NCBI GenBank assembly: GCA_020048915.1
Contig: JAIFLU010000230.1
Span: forward strand, 12,697 to 76,696
Source of the DNA: Bacteroidota bacterium
GTDB lineage: Bacteria > Bacteroidota > Bacteroidia > Bacteroidales > JAAUTT01
DNA: 64,000 nt
Direction of reading: 5' to 3'
Part shown: piece by piece, positions 40,587 through 50,669 of the stretch
Layout: each line of letters opens with the position of its first letter
Numbering within the stretch: the stretch's first letter is position 1
Notes under the pieces: model-generated
The model's database searches: none
The model's input: the letters and a program-made list of their open reading frames with translations, nothing else
Told to the model about the DNA's origin: nothing
Program-made: the position numbers and the translations under genes

Positions 40587-41824
40587 GCAGGAGTGCCAAA
40601 ATAACACTTATTGCCTTGTGCGCCGCTGCAATTATAGGGTTTGCCTTATACTATTACCTGAAGGATTACATTCCCAAATACCGATGGAACGAAAACTATG
40701 TTTACAATAATGACCAACCGTATGGGTTGAAGTTAATGTACGACCTGCTCGACAGCACTCGTACAAAAGACAATATGGTTTTTATGGACCGGGCTCCTAA
40801 ATATATACTCAACAAGAAAGACACCTCTTCGCTGTACATATTTATCGGGGCAAATTATATTTGCGATTCGTTAAATTCAATTGCATTGGCCAATTTTGTA
40901 AGTAAAGGCAACAATGTTTTTATTTCGAATATTGAAGCTGAACATAATTTATTTACAATACTTACGAAGGGGAAACGTCCAGCAATTAATTACAATACTT
41001 ACGAAGACTCTATTGTAACAATTGTTATCAATTCAAATTACTCGAAACACTATACATTCGATTATAAATTTCAGAAAAGCAAAGCTCTGCACCAATGGGG
41101 AGGTTTAGACAGTGTCTTTTTTCAGGATACCATCCGGTTGTTTGGGGCCGAAAAAGTTTCATCTATCAATGATGGATTAGTGGAATGTTATAGGTTTCGC
41201 CATGGGAAAGGTTGGTTCATTTTCCACTTTAACCCGGTTCTGTTTACGAATTATAACCTTTCAAAAAAGGAAGGATATCAATATTTGGAGCAGTTATTTT
41301 CAGAATATGCCAAACCCAAAATTTATTGGGATGAATTTAGCAAATCGATGTTGCGCGACGATTCCGATGGACAGTCGCACGGATCGCCCCTGCGGTTTGT
41401 ACTTTCCGAAAAAAGTTTACGCTGGGCCTGGTACCTAATGGTTATTCTTATGCTGCTTTTTATAATCTTCAATTCAAAGCGCAAGCAGGCACAAATTCCG
41501 TTACTCCCCGATAACCGAAATACAACTGTAGAATTTATCCATTCCATAGCCACCTTGCACCATCAGCATAACTCGCTTATATATATGGCCGATGAAATTT
41601 TGAAACAATTTCTCGCGTTTGTGAAATACAAGTATGGAATCTCTCCACACCTCGATCAACAGGAAATTGGCCGCCTTTTAATCCTAAAATCGGGATTAAA
41701 CGAAGAAACGATACGCAATATCTTTAAACATTATGTAAGCCTAAAATATGGCACGGTAACAGAGAAAAAAGACTTATTGGAATTTTACCGGTTAACTGAA
41801 TATTTCTACCAAAATTGTAAATAA
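40583..41824 (+). CDS. DUF4350-like membrane protein
   Basis: 413 aa with an N-terminal TM segment, a large extracytoplasmic domain and a second TM segment (WAWYLMVILMLLFIIF). The family name comes from gene context and memory. The start overlaps the upstream stop (ATGA). Confidence 0.55.
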   Translation: MSRSAKITLIALCAAAIIGFALYYYLKDYIPKYRWNENYVYNNDQPYGLKLMYDLLDSTRTKDNMVFMDRAPKYILNKKDTSSLYIFIGANYICDSLNSIALANFVSKGNNVFISNIEAEHNLFTILTKGKRPAINYNTYEDSIVTIVINSNYSKHYTFDYKFQKSKALHQWGGLDSVFFQDTIRLFGAEKVSSINDGLVECYRFRHGKGWFIFHFNPVLFTNYNLSKKEGYQYLEQLFSEYAKPKIYWDEFSKSMLRDDSDGQSHGSPLRFVLSEKSLRWAWYLMVILMLLFIIFNSKRKQAQIPLLPDNRNTTVEFIHSIATLHHQHNSLIYMADEILKQFLAFVKYKYGISPHLDQQEIGRLLILKSGLNEETIRNIFKHYVSLKYGTVTEKKDLLEFYRLTEYFYQNCK

Positions 41825-41825
41825 C

Positions 41826-42845
41826 ATGGACGAAAACACAATGGAAGAGCAGGCCTTCCCTGCCGAATCTGACTTAGAAAATACAATTGAATATGCCGAT
41901 GTAACGGAAATTATGGATTTTGCTTTAACCTTAAAAGCAGAACTTCAGAAAGTTATTATTGGTATGGACGATACCATCGACATGCTCATTGTGGGCTTGC
42001 TCACCAACGGACATGTTTTGCTCGAAGGTGTTCCCGGGGTAGCCAAAACTTTATTGGTGAAACTGTTGGCTAAAGTCCTTGATGTGGATTATAAACGTAT
42101 CCAGTTTACCCCCGACCTTATGCCATCGGATGTGGTTGGAACAACGGTTTACAACATGCAATCGTCGTCGTTTTATTTTAGGAAGGGTCCCGTATTCAGT
42201 AATATTATTCTGGCCGATGAAATTAACCGGGCTCCTGCAAAAACGCAATCATCCCTGTTTGAGGTAATGGAAGAACGGCAAATAACGGTAGATGGAGAAA
42301 CACATCCTATGAATTACCCGTTGTATGTAATTGCTACCCAAAACCCCATTGAACAGGAAGGAACTTATCGGCTACCGGAAGCTCAGCTCGACCGTTTTCT
42401 GTTTCGCTTAAAAATCGGTTACCCTTCACTGGAAGAAGAAACTCAGATATTAGGACGATTCAAATCAGATTTCTTTAACAAACTGGAGCATACTGTCGAT
42501 AAAAAATTCGATGCCAATAACCTTATTAAATTGTGCTCCATTGTGGAACAAGTGCATATTAAGGACGAGCTGGTAACTTATATTGCAAAAATTGTCCACA
42601 CTACCCGGAACAATTCGAACCTGTACCTGGGAGCATCGCCCCGGGCATCTATAGCCATCATCCGAACCTCGAAAGCATTAGCTGCAATGAGGGGACGCGA
42701 CTTTGTAACCCCCGACGATATTCAAAAAGTGGCTTACCCGGTATTAAACCACCGTATTATTCTCACGCCCGAAAGAGAAATTGAAGGAATAGATGCCCAG
42801 GATATTATAAACGATATTATTCAAAAGATTGAAGTTCCGCGATGA
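41826..42845 (+). CDS. MoxR-family AAA+ ATPase
   Basis: 339 aa. Walker A GVPGVAKT, Walker B ILADEINR, and VIATQNPIEQEGTYRLPEAQLDRF, typical of MoxR/AAA_3. Confidence 0.9.
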   Translation: MDENTMEEQAFPAESDLENTIEYADVTEIMDFALTLKAELQKVIIGMDDTIDMLIVGLLTNGHVLLEGVPGVAKTLLVKLLAKVLDVDYKRIQFTPDLMPSDVVGTTVYNMQSSSFYFRKGPVFSNIILADEINRAPAKTQSSLFEVMEERQITVDGETHPMNYPLYVIATQNPIEQEGTYRLPEAQLDRFLFRLKIGYPSLEEETQILGRFKSDFFNKLEHTVDKKFDANNLIKLCSIVEQVHIKDELVTYIAKIVHTTRNNSNLYLGASPRASIAIIRTSKALAAMRGRDFVTPDDIQKVAYPVLNHRIILTPEREIEGIDAQDIINDIIQKIEVPR

Positions 42846-44176
42846 ATAGCCTCTATAAGCAACTTTTTTTATCGGTACGGTTTTTCTGGTTCGGGGGAAT
42901 CATTGTTGTGCTTTTTGCGTTCAGCTTCATGATCCATTGGCTATTCCCTATTGCACAGGTTTGTTTGGTCTTTTTGGGTGCCATTACTTTTGCCGATATC
43001 CTTTTGTTGCTGAACCCTAAGCGGAAAGTAAATGCAGAGCGTTTTGTCCCAGGCATTATGTCGTTGGGCGACGAAAATCCGGTCTCCCTAACCATAAAAA
43101 ATGCAAAGGGAGTGGATTTGAAAATAACTGTTTTCGACGATTTGCCTTACCAACTTCAAAAACGCGACTTCAAAATTGAATCGAAGCTTGCGAACGGGGA
43201 GGAAAAAATTTTTAACTATACCCTGGTGCCTACCAGTCGTGGGGAATATATTTTTGGAAACATCCACCTCATTCTGTCTTCCCCGATAGGACTGATTAAT
43301 CAAAAGCAATCGATACCGCATAATACAGCAGTACATGTTTATCCTTCGATTGTGCAAATGAAAAAGTACGAATTAAAGGCCCATCACTCCTACTCGCTAT
43401 CCGACGGAATAAAGCGGCAGAGAAGGTTAGGTCACAGCTACGAATTCGACCAAATTAAAGAATATGTGGTAGGCGACGATAGTCGGTCTATCAACTGGAA
43501 AGCCAGCAGTCGCCGTTCTTCCCTAATGGTAAACCAATACGAAGATGAACGTGCCCAACAGGTCTATTCCATTATCGATAAAAGCCGCTCCATGCGGATG
43601 CCCTTTAATAACCTTACGCTACTCGACTATGCCATCAACTCCTCGCTGGTAATATCGAATGTAGTGTTGCAAAAGCATGATAAAGCGGGGTTGATCACTT
43701 TTTCGGATAAGATTGGTACCATAGTTCCTGCTGAAAAAAATGTGCAACAACTCAAAAAAATATTGGAAGCCCTGTATAACGAGCAGGAACAATTTCTGGA
43801 AGCTGAATATGAATTACTTTACCATCTAGTGCGAAATGTGGTAAAAAACCGCAGCCTTATTTTTCTCTATACCAATTTCGAAAGTTTACATGCCTTCGAA
43901 CGGGTATTGCCCATCCTTCGCCGAATAAACAAATTACATTTGCTGGTGGTTATCTTTTTCGAGAACGAGGAAGTTGTAAAACTGAGTAAAAATTCGGTGA
44001 ACAACCTTTACGACATATACGTGCAAACCATGGCACGGAAATACCTGGGCGATAAAGCCCAAATAGCATCGGAGTTATCCAACCTGGGGATCAACTGCAT
44101 CAAGTCGCTTCCCTCCGAGTTATCCATCAATACCATCAATAAGTACCTGGAGTTAAAATCGCGGGGCTTGATTTAA
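42842..44176 (+). CDS. DUF58 (vWA-like) protein with two N-terminal TM segments
   Basis: 444 aa. DUF58 signature IKEYVVGDDSRSINWKASSRRSSLMVNQYEDE. The start overlaps the moxR stop (ATGA). Confidence 0.85.
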   Translation: MNSLYKQLFLSVRFFWFGGIIVVLFAFSFMIHWLFPIAQVCLVFLGAITFADILLLLNPKRKVNAERFVPGIMSLGDENPVSLTIKNAKGVDLKITVFDDLPYQLQKRDFKIESKLANGEEKIFNYTLVPTSRGEYIFGNIHLILSSPIGLINQKQSIPHNTAVHVYPSIVQMKKYELKAHHSYSLSDGIKRQRRLGHSYEFDQIKEYVVGDDSRSINWKASSRRSSLMVNQYEDERAQQVYSIIDKSRSMRMPFNNLTLLDYAINSSLVISNVVLQKHDKAGLITFSDKIGTIVPAEKNVQQLKKILEALYNEQEQFLEAEYELLYHLVRNVVKNRSLIFLYTNFESLHAFERVLPILRRINKLHLLVVIFFENEEVVKLSKNSVNNLYDIYVQTMARKYLGDKAQIASELSNLGINCIKSLPSELSINTINKYLELKSRGLI

Positions 44177-44264
44177 AAATAAGCTGTTTTTAGTGAAATT
44201 AGCACTCCCATGTCTCATATTTGCCATCCTACCAATTGCTAATAAATCATGTTATTGCCATGTT

Positions 44265-44654
44265 TCACTTTAGTCGCTTTAATACTCCTTTTTGCTTAAC
44301 GATGTTTTTATAGTCCCATTGAATATCCTTGGATTTTTTAAGCCAATTTTCTAATTCCTTTTTATTGATTTCTCCGGCAGTTGCATAACGCATTTCGGCC
44401 GCCATGAAACTACCGTTCTTTTGCAAAGCATCTTCTTCAAATGATTGGCCACTCCAAAACAATAATTGAACACAATCTTTTAATTTACTGTACCCAACAA
44501 TTGGATTTCCGTCTAAAAACCAAACAGGATGGGCATGCCAGATTCTACTCTCTGACTCAGGTAAACCCTGATAAATCGCTTGCGCTAATAAATTACAAAT
44601 CTCTTTATTTTCGCCAGATTGTGCGTTGTTGTATGTTTGAATGTCTTTAGTCAT
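44265..44654 (-). CDS. DUF1801 (YdhG-like) protein
   Basis: 129 aa. The pattern WHAHPVWFLDGNPIVGYSKLKDCVQLLFWSG is typical of the family. Confidence 0.6.
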   Translation of the reverse strand: MTKDIQTYNNAQSGENKEICNLLAQAIYQGLPESESRIWHAHPVWFLDGNPIVGYSKLKDCVQLLFWSGQSFEEDALQKNGSFMAAEMRYATAGEINKKELENWLKKSKDIQWDYKNIVKQKGVLKRLK

Positions 44655-44770
44655 CAGTTGTCTATTTTGTTAAAATTGAATTGCTATCCAAAATCTAACA
44701 GACTACAAATGAATTTGTTCACTTCTACAAACGTTTAATAATATTCCCCAGCGAATCCCGCTGTCGTTTG

Positions 44771-45598
44771 TTATTTGATATTTTTTCTGAAAAAATTATC
44801 AAAATAAAGCACCTGATATTGTAATGCATTGTCCCAGTATTCTCTGGTATGGCCGCCTGGTCGTTCGATATAATCATGCTGAATATTTAAATAGAACATT
44901 TTATCGTGTAGTTGCCGATTGACAGCAATAAAGAAATCATTAATCCCGCAATCGATTATCATGGCCAATTTATTGTTTTTAATCCGGTACAATTGATATA
45001 TTACCGTGTTTTTCTCCCAATTTTCGGGATACTGATCCATATCTCCCAAACGTTTTGCTAAATCCCAATTCTGCGGAAATGGCCGGATATCAACCCCTCC
45101 GCTCATACTTCCCGATGCCCCGTAGATATCCTGGTGGCGCATTGATAAGTAAAGCGCGCCATGTCCACCCATGCTTAAGCCCGAAACGGCACGACCATTT
45201 GGACTTTTTATGGTATTGAAAGCGTTATCAATAAAACCGGTCAACTCTTTTGTAACATAGGTTTCATATTTCATCGAAGGATCAACAGGGCTGTCAAAAT
45301 ACCAACTCGAAAAATCGCCGTCAACGCTTACGATAATCATACTATACTGATCAGCAAATTGCTTTACCTGCGGAAAATCGTTTACCCACGATGCATAATT
45401 TCCACTGTACCCATGTAGTAAATAAAGCACAGGATACGCTTTTCCTGTTTTATTATAGCTATCGGGAGTAACCACACAGGTTTTAGTATTTTTTTTCATC
45501 GAATTACTGTAAACAACTAGTGTGTCAACCTTTGAAGCATTAAGGATAAAGACAATTGTCAGAAGATAAATTGATAATACGATACGTTTCATTTTCAC
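44771..45598 (-). CDS. esterase-family alpha/beta hydrolase, exported
   Basis: 275 aa with a signal peptide, YPVLYLLHGYSGN and the nucleophile elbow GLSMGG. Confidence 0.8.
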   Translation of the reverse strand: MKMKRIVLSIYLLTIVFILNASKVDTLVVYSNSMKKNTKTCVVTPDSYNKTGKAYPVLYLLHGYSGNYASWVNDFPQVKQFADQYSMIIVSVDGDFSSWYFDSPVDPSMKYETYVTKELTGFIDNAFNTIKSPNGRAVSGLSMGGHGALYLSMRHQDIYGASGSMSGGVDIRPFPQNWDLAKRLGDMDQYPENWEKNTVIYQLYRIKNNKLAMIIDCGINDFFIAVNRQLHDKMFYLNIQHDYIERPGGHTREYWDNALQYQVLYFDNFFRKNIK

Positions 45599-45787
45599 AT
45601 ATATTTAGTGGCAACAAAATAGTACATAAATTCAATATTAAAAAATTAGAGCTGCTTGGCAAATATTTAGGCTGCGAGTAATTCTAAAATTGCGCCCCAA
45701 TAACTCGGTAGCAACATAAATAGCATTATCCTTAGCGCCTATATAACAATGTTCCACACGAGTCCAGGCAACTCCTATTACCTGAAA

Positions 45788-47059
45788 TTAAGAAAGAGGA
45801 ACGGTAAAACTAAAGGTGCTGCCTTTCCCAACCTCACTTTCAACCCATATTTTTCCCTGATGTTTATCTACAAAATCTTTGCAAAGCAAAAGTCCAAGTC
45901 CCGTTCCCTTTTCATTATTGAGGCCTCTTGTGCTGATCGTTTCCTCTATTATAAACAGCTTTTTCAGCTTTTCGGCTTCAATGCCAATACCGGTGTCCTT
46001 AATCGAGATTATAATTTCATTTATGCCCGACGAAGCCGATATGGTTATTACTCCATCTTGGGGAGTATATTTAATTGCATTTGACAAGAGATTTCGAAGA
46101 ATAGTGGTTAGCATATTTCTGTCGCCCAATAATTCCAAATTCTCATTTATACCAGTTTTAAAAGTAATTTTCTTATTTTGAGCAATATTCCTGAAATAAT
46201 TAATTAATTCATTTGTAAGCTCGTTGAGATTAATTTTTCCCAGATGAAATTTCATTCCCCCTGTCTTAGCCAGGGACCAGTCAAGTAAATTGTTTAAAAG
46301 GGAATAAGATTGCTTTGAAACCTCGTTAATATGGGAAGCATATTTTTTTACATGCTCGAAGTTATTATTTCGAATTCGATCAATTAACAATTCACTAAAA
46401 CCCAGGAGGGAATTAAACGGGTCTTTTAGGTCGTGCGCAATTATTGAAAAGAATTTATCTTTTGACGCATTGGAGATTCTCAACTCCATTTCTGATAATT
46501 CCAATTCTTTTTGAGCATTTATCCTTTCGATTTCTGATGTAATCCTTGCCCCAACAATCTTCATTATATCCTCTGCCTGGGGAGGGAGTTGCAGCCTCTG
46601 CCGCGACATGGCGCATAAAATTCCATTTGGCTCTCCATTTTTATTGTATAAAGCAGTGCCGACATATCCTAAGGCTTGCATTTCCTGCACATCTTTCGAT
46701 TCAGGGAATAACTCCTTTAAATTATCTTCATAAACACAATATCCCTTTTTTGATGTTAAATCGCACGGAGTATCTTTTAAGGTATAGGAGAACCCATGGA
46801 TTATCTCTCCATCCAGGTACATTGGAAAGCCTTCCACCCTGTTTTCTTCCACTACCTTTCCGATAATGATACATTCGGCATTTAACCACTCCGAAAGCTT
46901 AATTACAATGTTATTAAAAAAGTCCTGACCAATATCGCCTACTGCTGTTTCAACCAACGCATGAAACATTTTTTCGTTATTTTCAAAGGCTTTCTTTTCC
47001 TTCTTTAAAGTATCAATTTCGCACTGCAGGGCTAGGATTAGTTCTTTTTCTGAACTCAT
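45788..47059 (-). CDS. cytoplasmic sensor histidine kinase (GAF/PAS-like input)
   Basis: 423 aa. Coiled coil, sensory domain, H-box FSIIAHDLKDPFNSL and HATPase GTGLGLLLC. No adjacent response regulator. Confidence 0.85.
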   Translation of the reverse strand: MSSEKELILALQCEIDTLKKEKKAFENNEKMFHALVETAVGDIGQDFFNNIVIKLSEWLNAECIIIGKVVEENRVEGFPMYLDGEIIHGFSYTLKDTPCDLTSKKGYCVYEDNLKELFPESKDVQEMQALGYVGTALYNKNGEPNGILCAMSRQRLQLPPQAEDIMKIVGARITSEIERINAQKELELSEMELRISNASKDKFFSIIAHDLKDPFNSLLGFSELLIDRIRNNNFEHVKKYASHINEVSKQSYSLLNNLLDWSLAKTGGMKFHLGKINLNELTNELINYFRNIAQNKKITFKTGINENLELLGDRNMLTTILRNLLSNAIKYTPQDGVITISASSGINEIIISIKDTGIGIEAEKLKKLFIIEETISTRGLNNEKGTGLGLLLCKDFVDKHQGKIWVESEVGKGSTFSFTVPLS

Positions 47060-47450
47060 AATGTATTTCCCTTTTGCAGAAGTATTTATTTAAATATCAG
47101 GTTTGTTACAATTATTTTCCCGTTAATTTTTCAAATAATACTAATCCGAATGTTAGCGGGCTGTATTTTTTCAACTTTTTTAACGATGCGATATTAATAG
47201 GATTGAAGCAGATATAAGTCTTCCCAAAAATTAGTTTTCTCATGTTTATCGATTTAAAAAATAGTTCTACCATTAAATATAATTCGTTTGAGGTTTTTTT
47301 CCAAATAGTTTTGAGGGACTGAGTATAGGAATCGGCGATGCGCAGCAAACCGATTAAGCCAAACAACTTAAATCATTCTAAGATCAATAGAGAGAAATAT
47401 AATTATTCCGTTAGAATTTCAGGAGTCATATAATCTGGTAAAACAAGCCT

Positions 47451-48407
47451 TTATTTTTGGTTAGCCTTATCGAAATGAACCCTATAAATGTTTCCCATTC
47501 CGTTTAATACATCGTTTGCAATTCCTTCTAATTCGCTAACATTTTCTATTTTCTTATCATTTAATAAAACTCTTTCGCTGGTAAAGTAGAAATTGCCGCT
47601 CGAAATATCAATAAAAGGGCAGAAGTCGAGTTTATTCGAATTAATATTAGGTCCCATATTTACAGCCGTCATCCAATTGCCCTTTTTATTTTTTTTGCTA
47701 TAATATAAATCGCCTCCACCAAAATCGTCCTTTCTGCCATACGAACTAAATATTAGGATATCTTCCTCAGGATTGACATATGCATTAAATTCAAAAGTCG
47801 GGGTATTGATATTTGAGTCTAAAGGCACAGGATCAGTATATTTTCCATCCACTAATCTGCTAAAAAAAATATCTTCGCTACCAATCCCATTTTCCCGAAC
47901 TGAGGTAAAATACAAATTTCCATTTTTAGCTAATGATGGAAAAAACTCGTCTCTTTCTGAATTAATAGTTGATTGTAAAGATTTTGGTTCGCCCCAGCCA
48001 TTACTCGTTCTTTTCGAAACCCATATATTGTAATCGCCTCTTACAGAGTCTTCGTCAGTGGGCCTATCGGATGCAAAAAATAATTCGTTTCCATTAACCG
48101 AGAAGCATGGCTCAATATCACTATATTGCCCCGAGAAACTAAGAATTTCTTTCTTACCCCATCCGTTTCCTAATTTTTCAATTTTAATCAGGCACCGCTT
48201 TGATTGCTTATAATCACTTAAGGTAAAAATTATCTCATCGCCTTGGGGCGAAATTGCAATATCCCGCTCATACAGATTGGTTGAAATAAAGTTCCCAGCA
48301 AATAATTCAACGTTATGAGGGGCGTACTCTAAATCAATCTCATAAGATTTATCCAATTGACATTGATTTAGCAAAAAAACAAATATTATGGGGGCTAATC
48401 TTTTCAT
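47451..48407 (-). CDS. TolB-like PD40 beta-propeller repeat protein, exported
   Basis: 318 aa with a signal peptide. Repeated PD40-type blades (SPQGDEIIFT, SVNGNELFFASDR, AKNGNLYFTS, SSGNFYFTS). Confidence 0.7.
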   Translation of the reverse strand: MKRLAPIIFVFLLNQCQLDKSYEIDLEYAPHNVELFAGNFISTNLYERDIAISPQGDEIIFTLSDYKQSKRCLIKIEKLGNGWGKKEILSFSGQYSDIEPCFSVNGNELFFASDRPTDEDSVRGDYNIWVSKRTSNGWGEPKSLQSTINSERDEFFPSLAKNGNLYFTSVRENGIGSEDIFFSRLVDGKYTDPVPLDSNINTPTFEFNAYVNPEEDILIFSSYGRKDDFGGGDLYYSKKNKKGNWMTAVNMGPNINSNKLDFCPFIDISSGNFYFTSERVLLNDKKIENVSELEGIANDVLNGMGNIYRVHFDKANQK

Positions 48408-48606
48408 TTTTTTGTTCGAAAAGGTTTAAGTTTTTGGATTACTCAATAGCAAATAAACGATTTTTAGTGGATATTTTTGATAATGGATAGATGTTGGTAA
48501 CTGCAACCGACATGAAACTCCGGAGAATTCGGAACTGCTTTTTTACTACCCGAAAGAACATTATTAGCGGGCGATGCGTTTGGCAAACCACTAAACCTCC
48601 AATATT

Positions 48607-49287
48607 TTATTCCCGCTTATTACCACACGTTTTTAGTTCATTATTATCTATCTCAATTCCTGCTCTTTTTCTTTTACAGCAAATTTTCTTTCCGGAGTTA
48701 TTCCTGCAATTAATCATTAATTCATCATGATAGGTAAAAAGTCCTTCAGTCCCTATAATACTTTGATCATTCCAATATTTCTTTCTAAATCTTGAAAACA
48801 ATCTCTGCCTTTTATTTAATACAAGGCTAATATGAATTACATTATCATCCAGAAACAAGGGTATATCTTTTAATTGGATTGTATCATTGTTGAGCCTTAT
48901 ATTTTTCACTATTGTGTTCCGATAGCCAACTAAACTTATCAGCAAATCATTGCTGCTCTCCCCGAAGTTTTTAATTTCAAAATTTCCGTTTAAATCACCA
49001 AAAGCATCTGCGATTGTCCCTTTTAGATTTTTAGAGGTTATCGTATCTGTTTTAATGCTATCGGTAACAATAATTAGGCATCCTGTTGCTGGTTCTTGGG
49101 TGTCATAAAAATATACATTTCCTTTAATCACAGATTGGCAATACCCATGAGTCGGAAACAAAAATAGAATTGCAATACCGATTTGATAAATTTTGTTAGG
49201 ATTTTGAAGTACTTTCTTACTAAAAAGCGACGCAACTAAACAGCACCAGCTATTTACGATCTGTATTACTGCCGAAATAGAATTCAT
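48607..49287 (-). CDS. hypothetical protein with carboxypeptidase-regulatory-like segment
   Basis: 226-aa ORF. A hydrophobic N-region, then IKGNVYFYDTQEPATGCLIIV resembling CarboxypepD_reg. Weak assignment and the start is uncertain. Confidence 0.4.
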   Translation of the reverse strand: MNSISAVIQIVNSWCCLVASLFSKKVLQNPNKIYQIGIAILFLFPTHGYCQSVIKGNVYFYDTQEPATGCLIIVTDSIKTDTITSKNLKGTIADAFGDLNGNFEIKNFGESSNDLLISLVGYRNTIVKNIRLNNDTIQLKDIPLFLDDNVIHISLVLNKRQRLFSRFRKKYWNDQSIIGTEGLFTYHDELMINCRNNSGKKICCKRKRAGIEIDNNELKTCGNKRE

Positions 49288-49304
49288 AAACCCTTGGCCT
49301 TTGT

Positions 49305-49520
49305 TTAATTTATTCCAATCAATCCTTTCAAATAGGTTATTTTTCGCCCCTGTTCAACCTTAACTTTGCGATAAGCGTTTTCGGACAATAACCCAATTAT
49401 CATAAAAAAGATTGACAACCCAATGAGCATTCCTTTTAGAAATTCTGGCGCTGCTAATAAATATCCCAACACCGAATAGGCTGCAAATAATCCTAATGCA
49501 ATTTTCGTTTCTGTTCTCAT
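49305..49520 (-). CDS. small two-TM membrane protein (hypothetical)
   Basis: 71 aa with two clear hydrophobic helices. Lies 17 nt upstream of the next ORF on the same strand. Confidence 0.4.
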   Translation of the reverse strand: MRTETKIALGLFAAYSVLGYLLAAPEFLKGMLIGLSIFFMIIGLLSENAYRKVKVEQGRKITYLKGLIGIN

Positions 49521-49666
49521 ACTTTAATATAGTTAGTTCTTTAATAAATTAACCGGTGTTTTTTCTGGCATCTCGTTAAGGAAGATCTGGCAAACATTTC
49601 CTGCAAGACCATGCATAACCCAACTCTGTTATTTGGTTTGATAATGATTCAAAAGTTGGCGTTTCG

Positions 49667-50374
49667 TTAATTGTTCATTCGTTTTATTATACTATCAAGG
49701 GTTGAAATCAGCCATTCTTGTTCGGCATCATTTGCATCTTCAAAGAAATACTCTGTCTTTACTCCGGAAATAATCGCCGGCATTTCAATTCCTCCCATCC
49801 CAAATGATTTTGGCATTTTTGTCATCATCGAGAAATTACCAAACATTGAAAATGCATTCATTTTTACGCTTTTCATTTTAACGCTCTGAATATCTTTAAT
49901 ACCTATCTCAAAAGATTTTGGCCAGATTAGCCTATCTTTCTTAAGTGTCAAAGTAGTTCGGGATATTTTTAAGGTCTGAGACTCTGAAATAGAATTTAAT
50001 AATCCTCCAAGCATTCCAAATCCGGCCAACCAAAAAGGAATTGAGAACAATGCAAAAATCAAACTGCCTTGCGAAGCTCCCCAAGTCCAGAAGCTTATGA
50101 ATCCAAACCAGAATAGGGAGAAAAATAATGGAGGAATCACAAATAGAGTAAACCCTTTCTTTGGGTAAAATAATTCAACCGAATCGTCCAACCCCTTTTT
50201 TATTATTATTTTGGTCCCTGAAGGGGGATTGTTTATTTTATTAATCGATTTACTATCGGCTAATTCACTTGCTTTATGAATTGAATTACATGTATCACAT
50301 TTTGCTAAATCTGATGAAATATTAATGTTATCGGGCGAAATAGCTGCTTTACAATTCGGACAAATCAGTTCCAT
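49667..50374 (-). CDS. zinc-ribbon membrane protein (hypothetical)
   Basis: 235 aa. N-terminal CPNC...CDTC zinc ribbon, 3-4 TM segments and a C-terminal soluble region. Confidence 0.55.
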   Translation of the reverse strand: MELICPNCKAAISPDNINISSDLAKCDTCNSIHKASELADSKSINKINNPPSGTKIIIKKGLDDSVELFYPKKGFTLFVIPPLFFSLFWFGFISFWTWGASQGSLIFALFSIPFWLAGFGMLGGLLNSISESQTLKISRTTLTLKKDRLIWPKSFEIGIKDIQSVKMKSVKMNAFSMFGNFSMMTKMPKSFGMGGIEMPAIISGVKTEYFFEDANDAEQEWLISTLDSIIKRMNN

Positions 50375-50669
50375 AATATTATCAGGTTTATTTTTAAATC
50401 AATCTTACGTTTCACAGTTTATAAAGTGCCTGGTTTTAATGATTGCCAATGTTGGCAGTTATTTATATGTGGCAGAAAGAACGAATTATGTTTTCGGATC
50501 GTTAAAGGTAAAAAAAAATCGGTATGAGACTTCCTGTCTCTAATATTTTAAGGTGAATTGGGACTAATGGTTCACATTTGTTTTTAACATAGCGATAATT
50601 TAAAAAGCCAGCAAACAGAGCAATATTATTGGGCTACCTAAAACATCAATGAAACTGCGGTAACTATAG

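Noticed and set aside
47112-47366. 84-aa minus-strand ORF in the 390-bp gap between the histidine kinase and the PD40 protein.
   Set aside because: It has no motif, lysine- and leucine-rich low-complexity composition, and no convincing start context. It may be real, but this cannot be supported from sequence alone.
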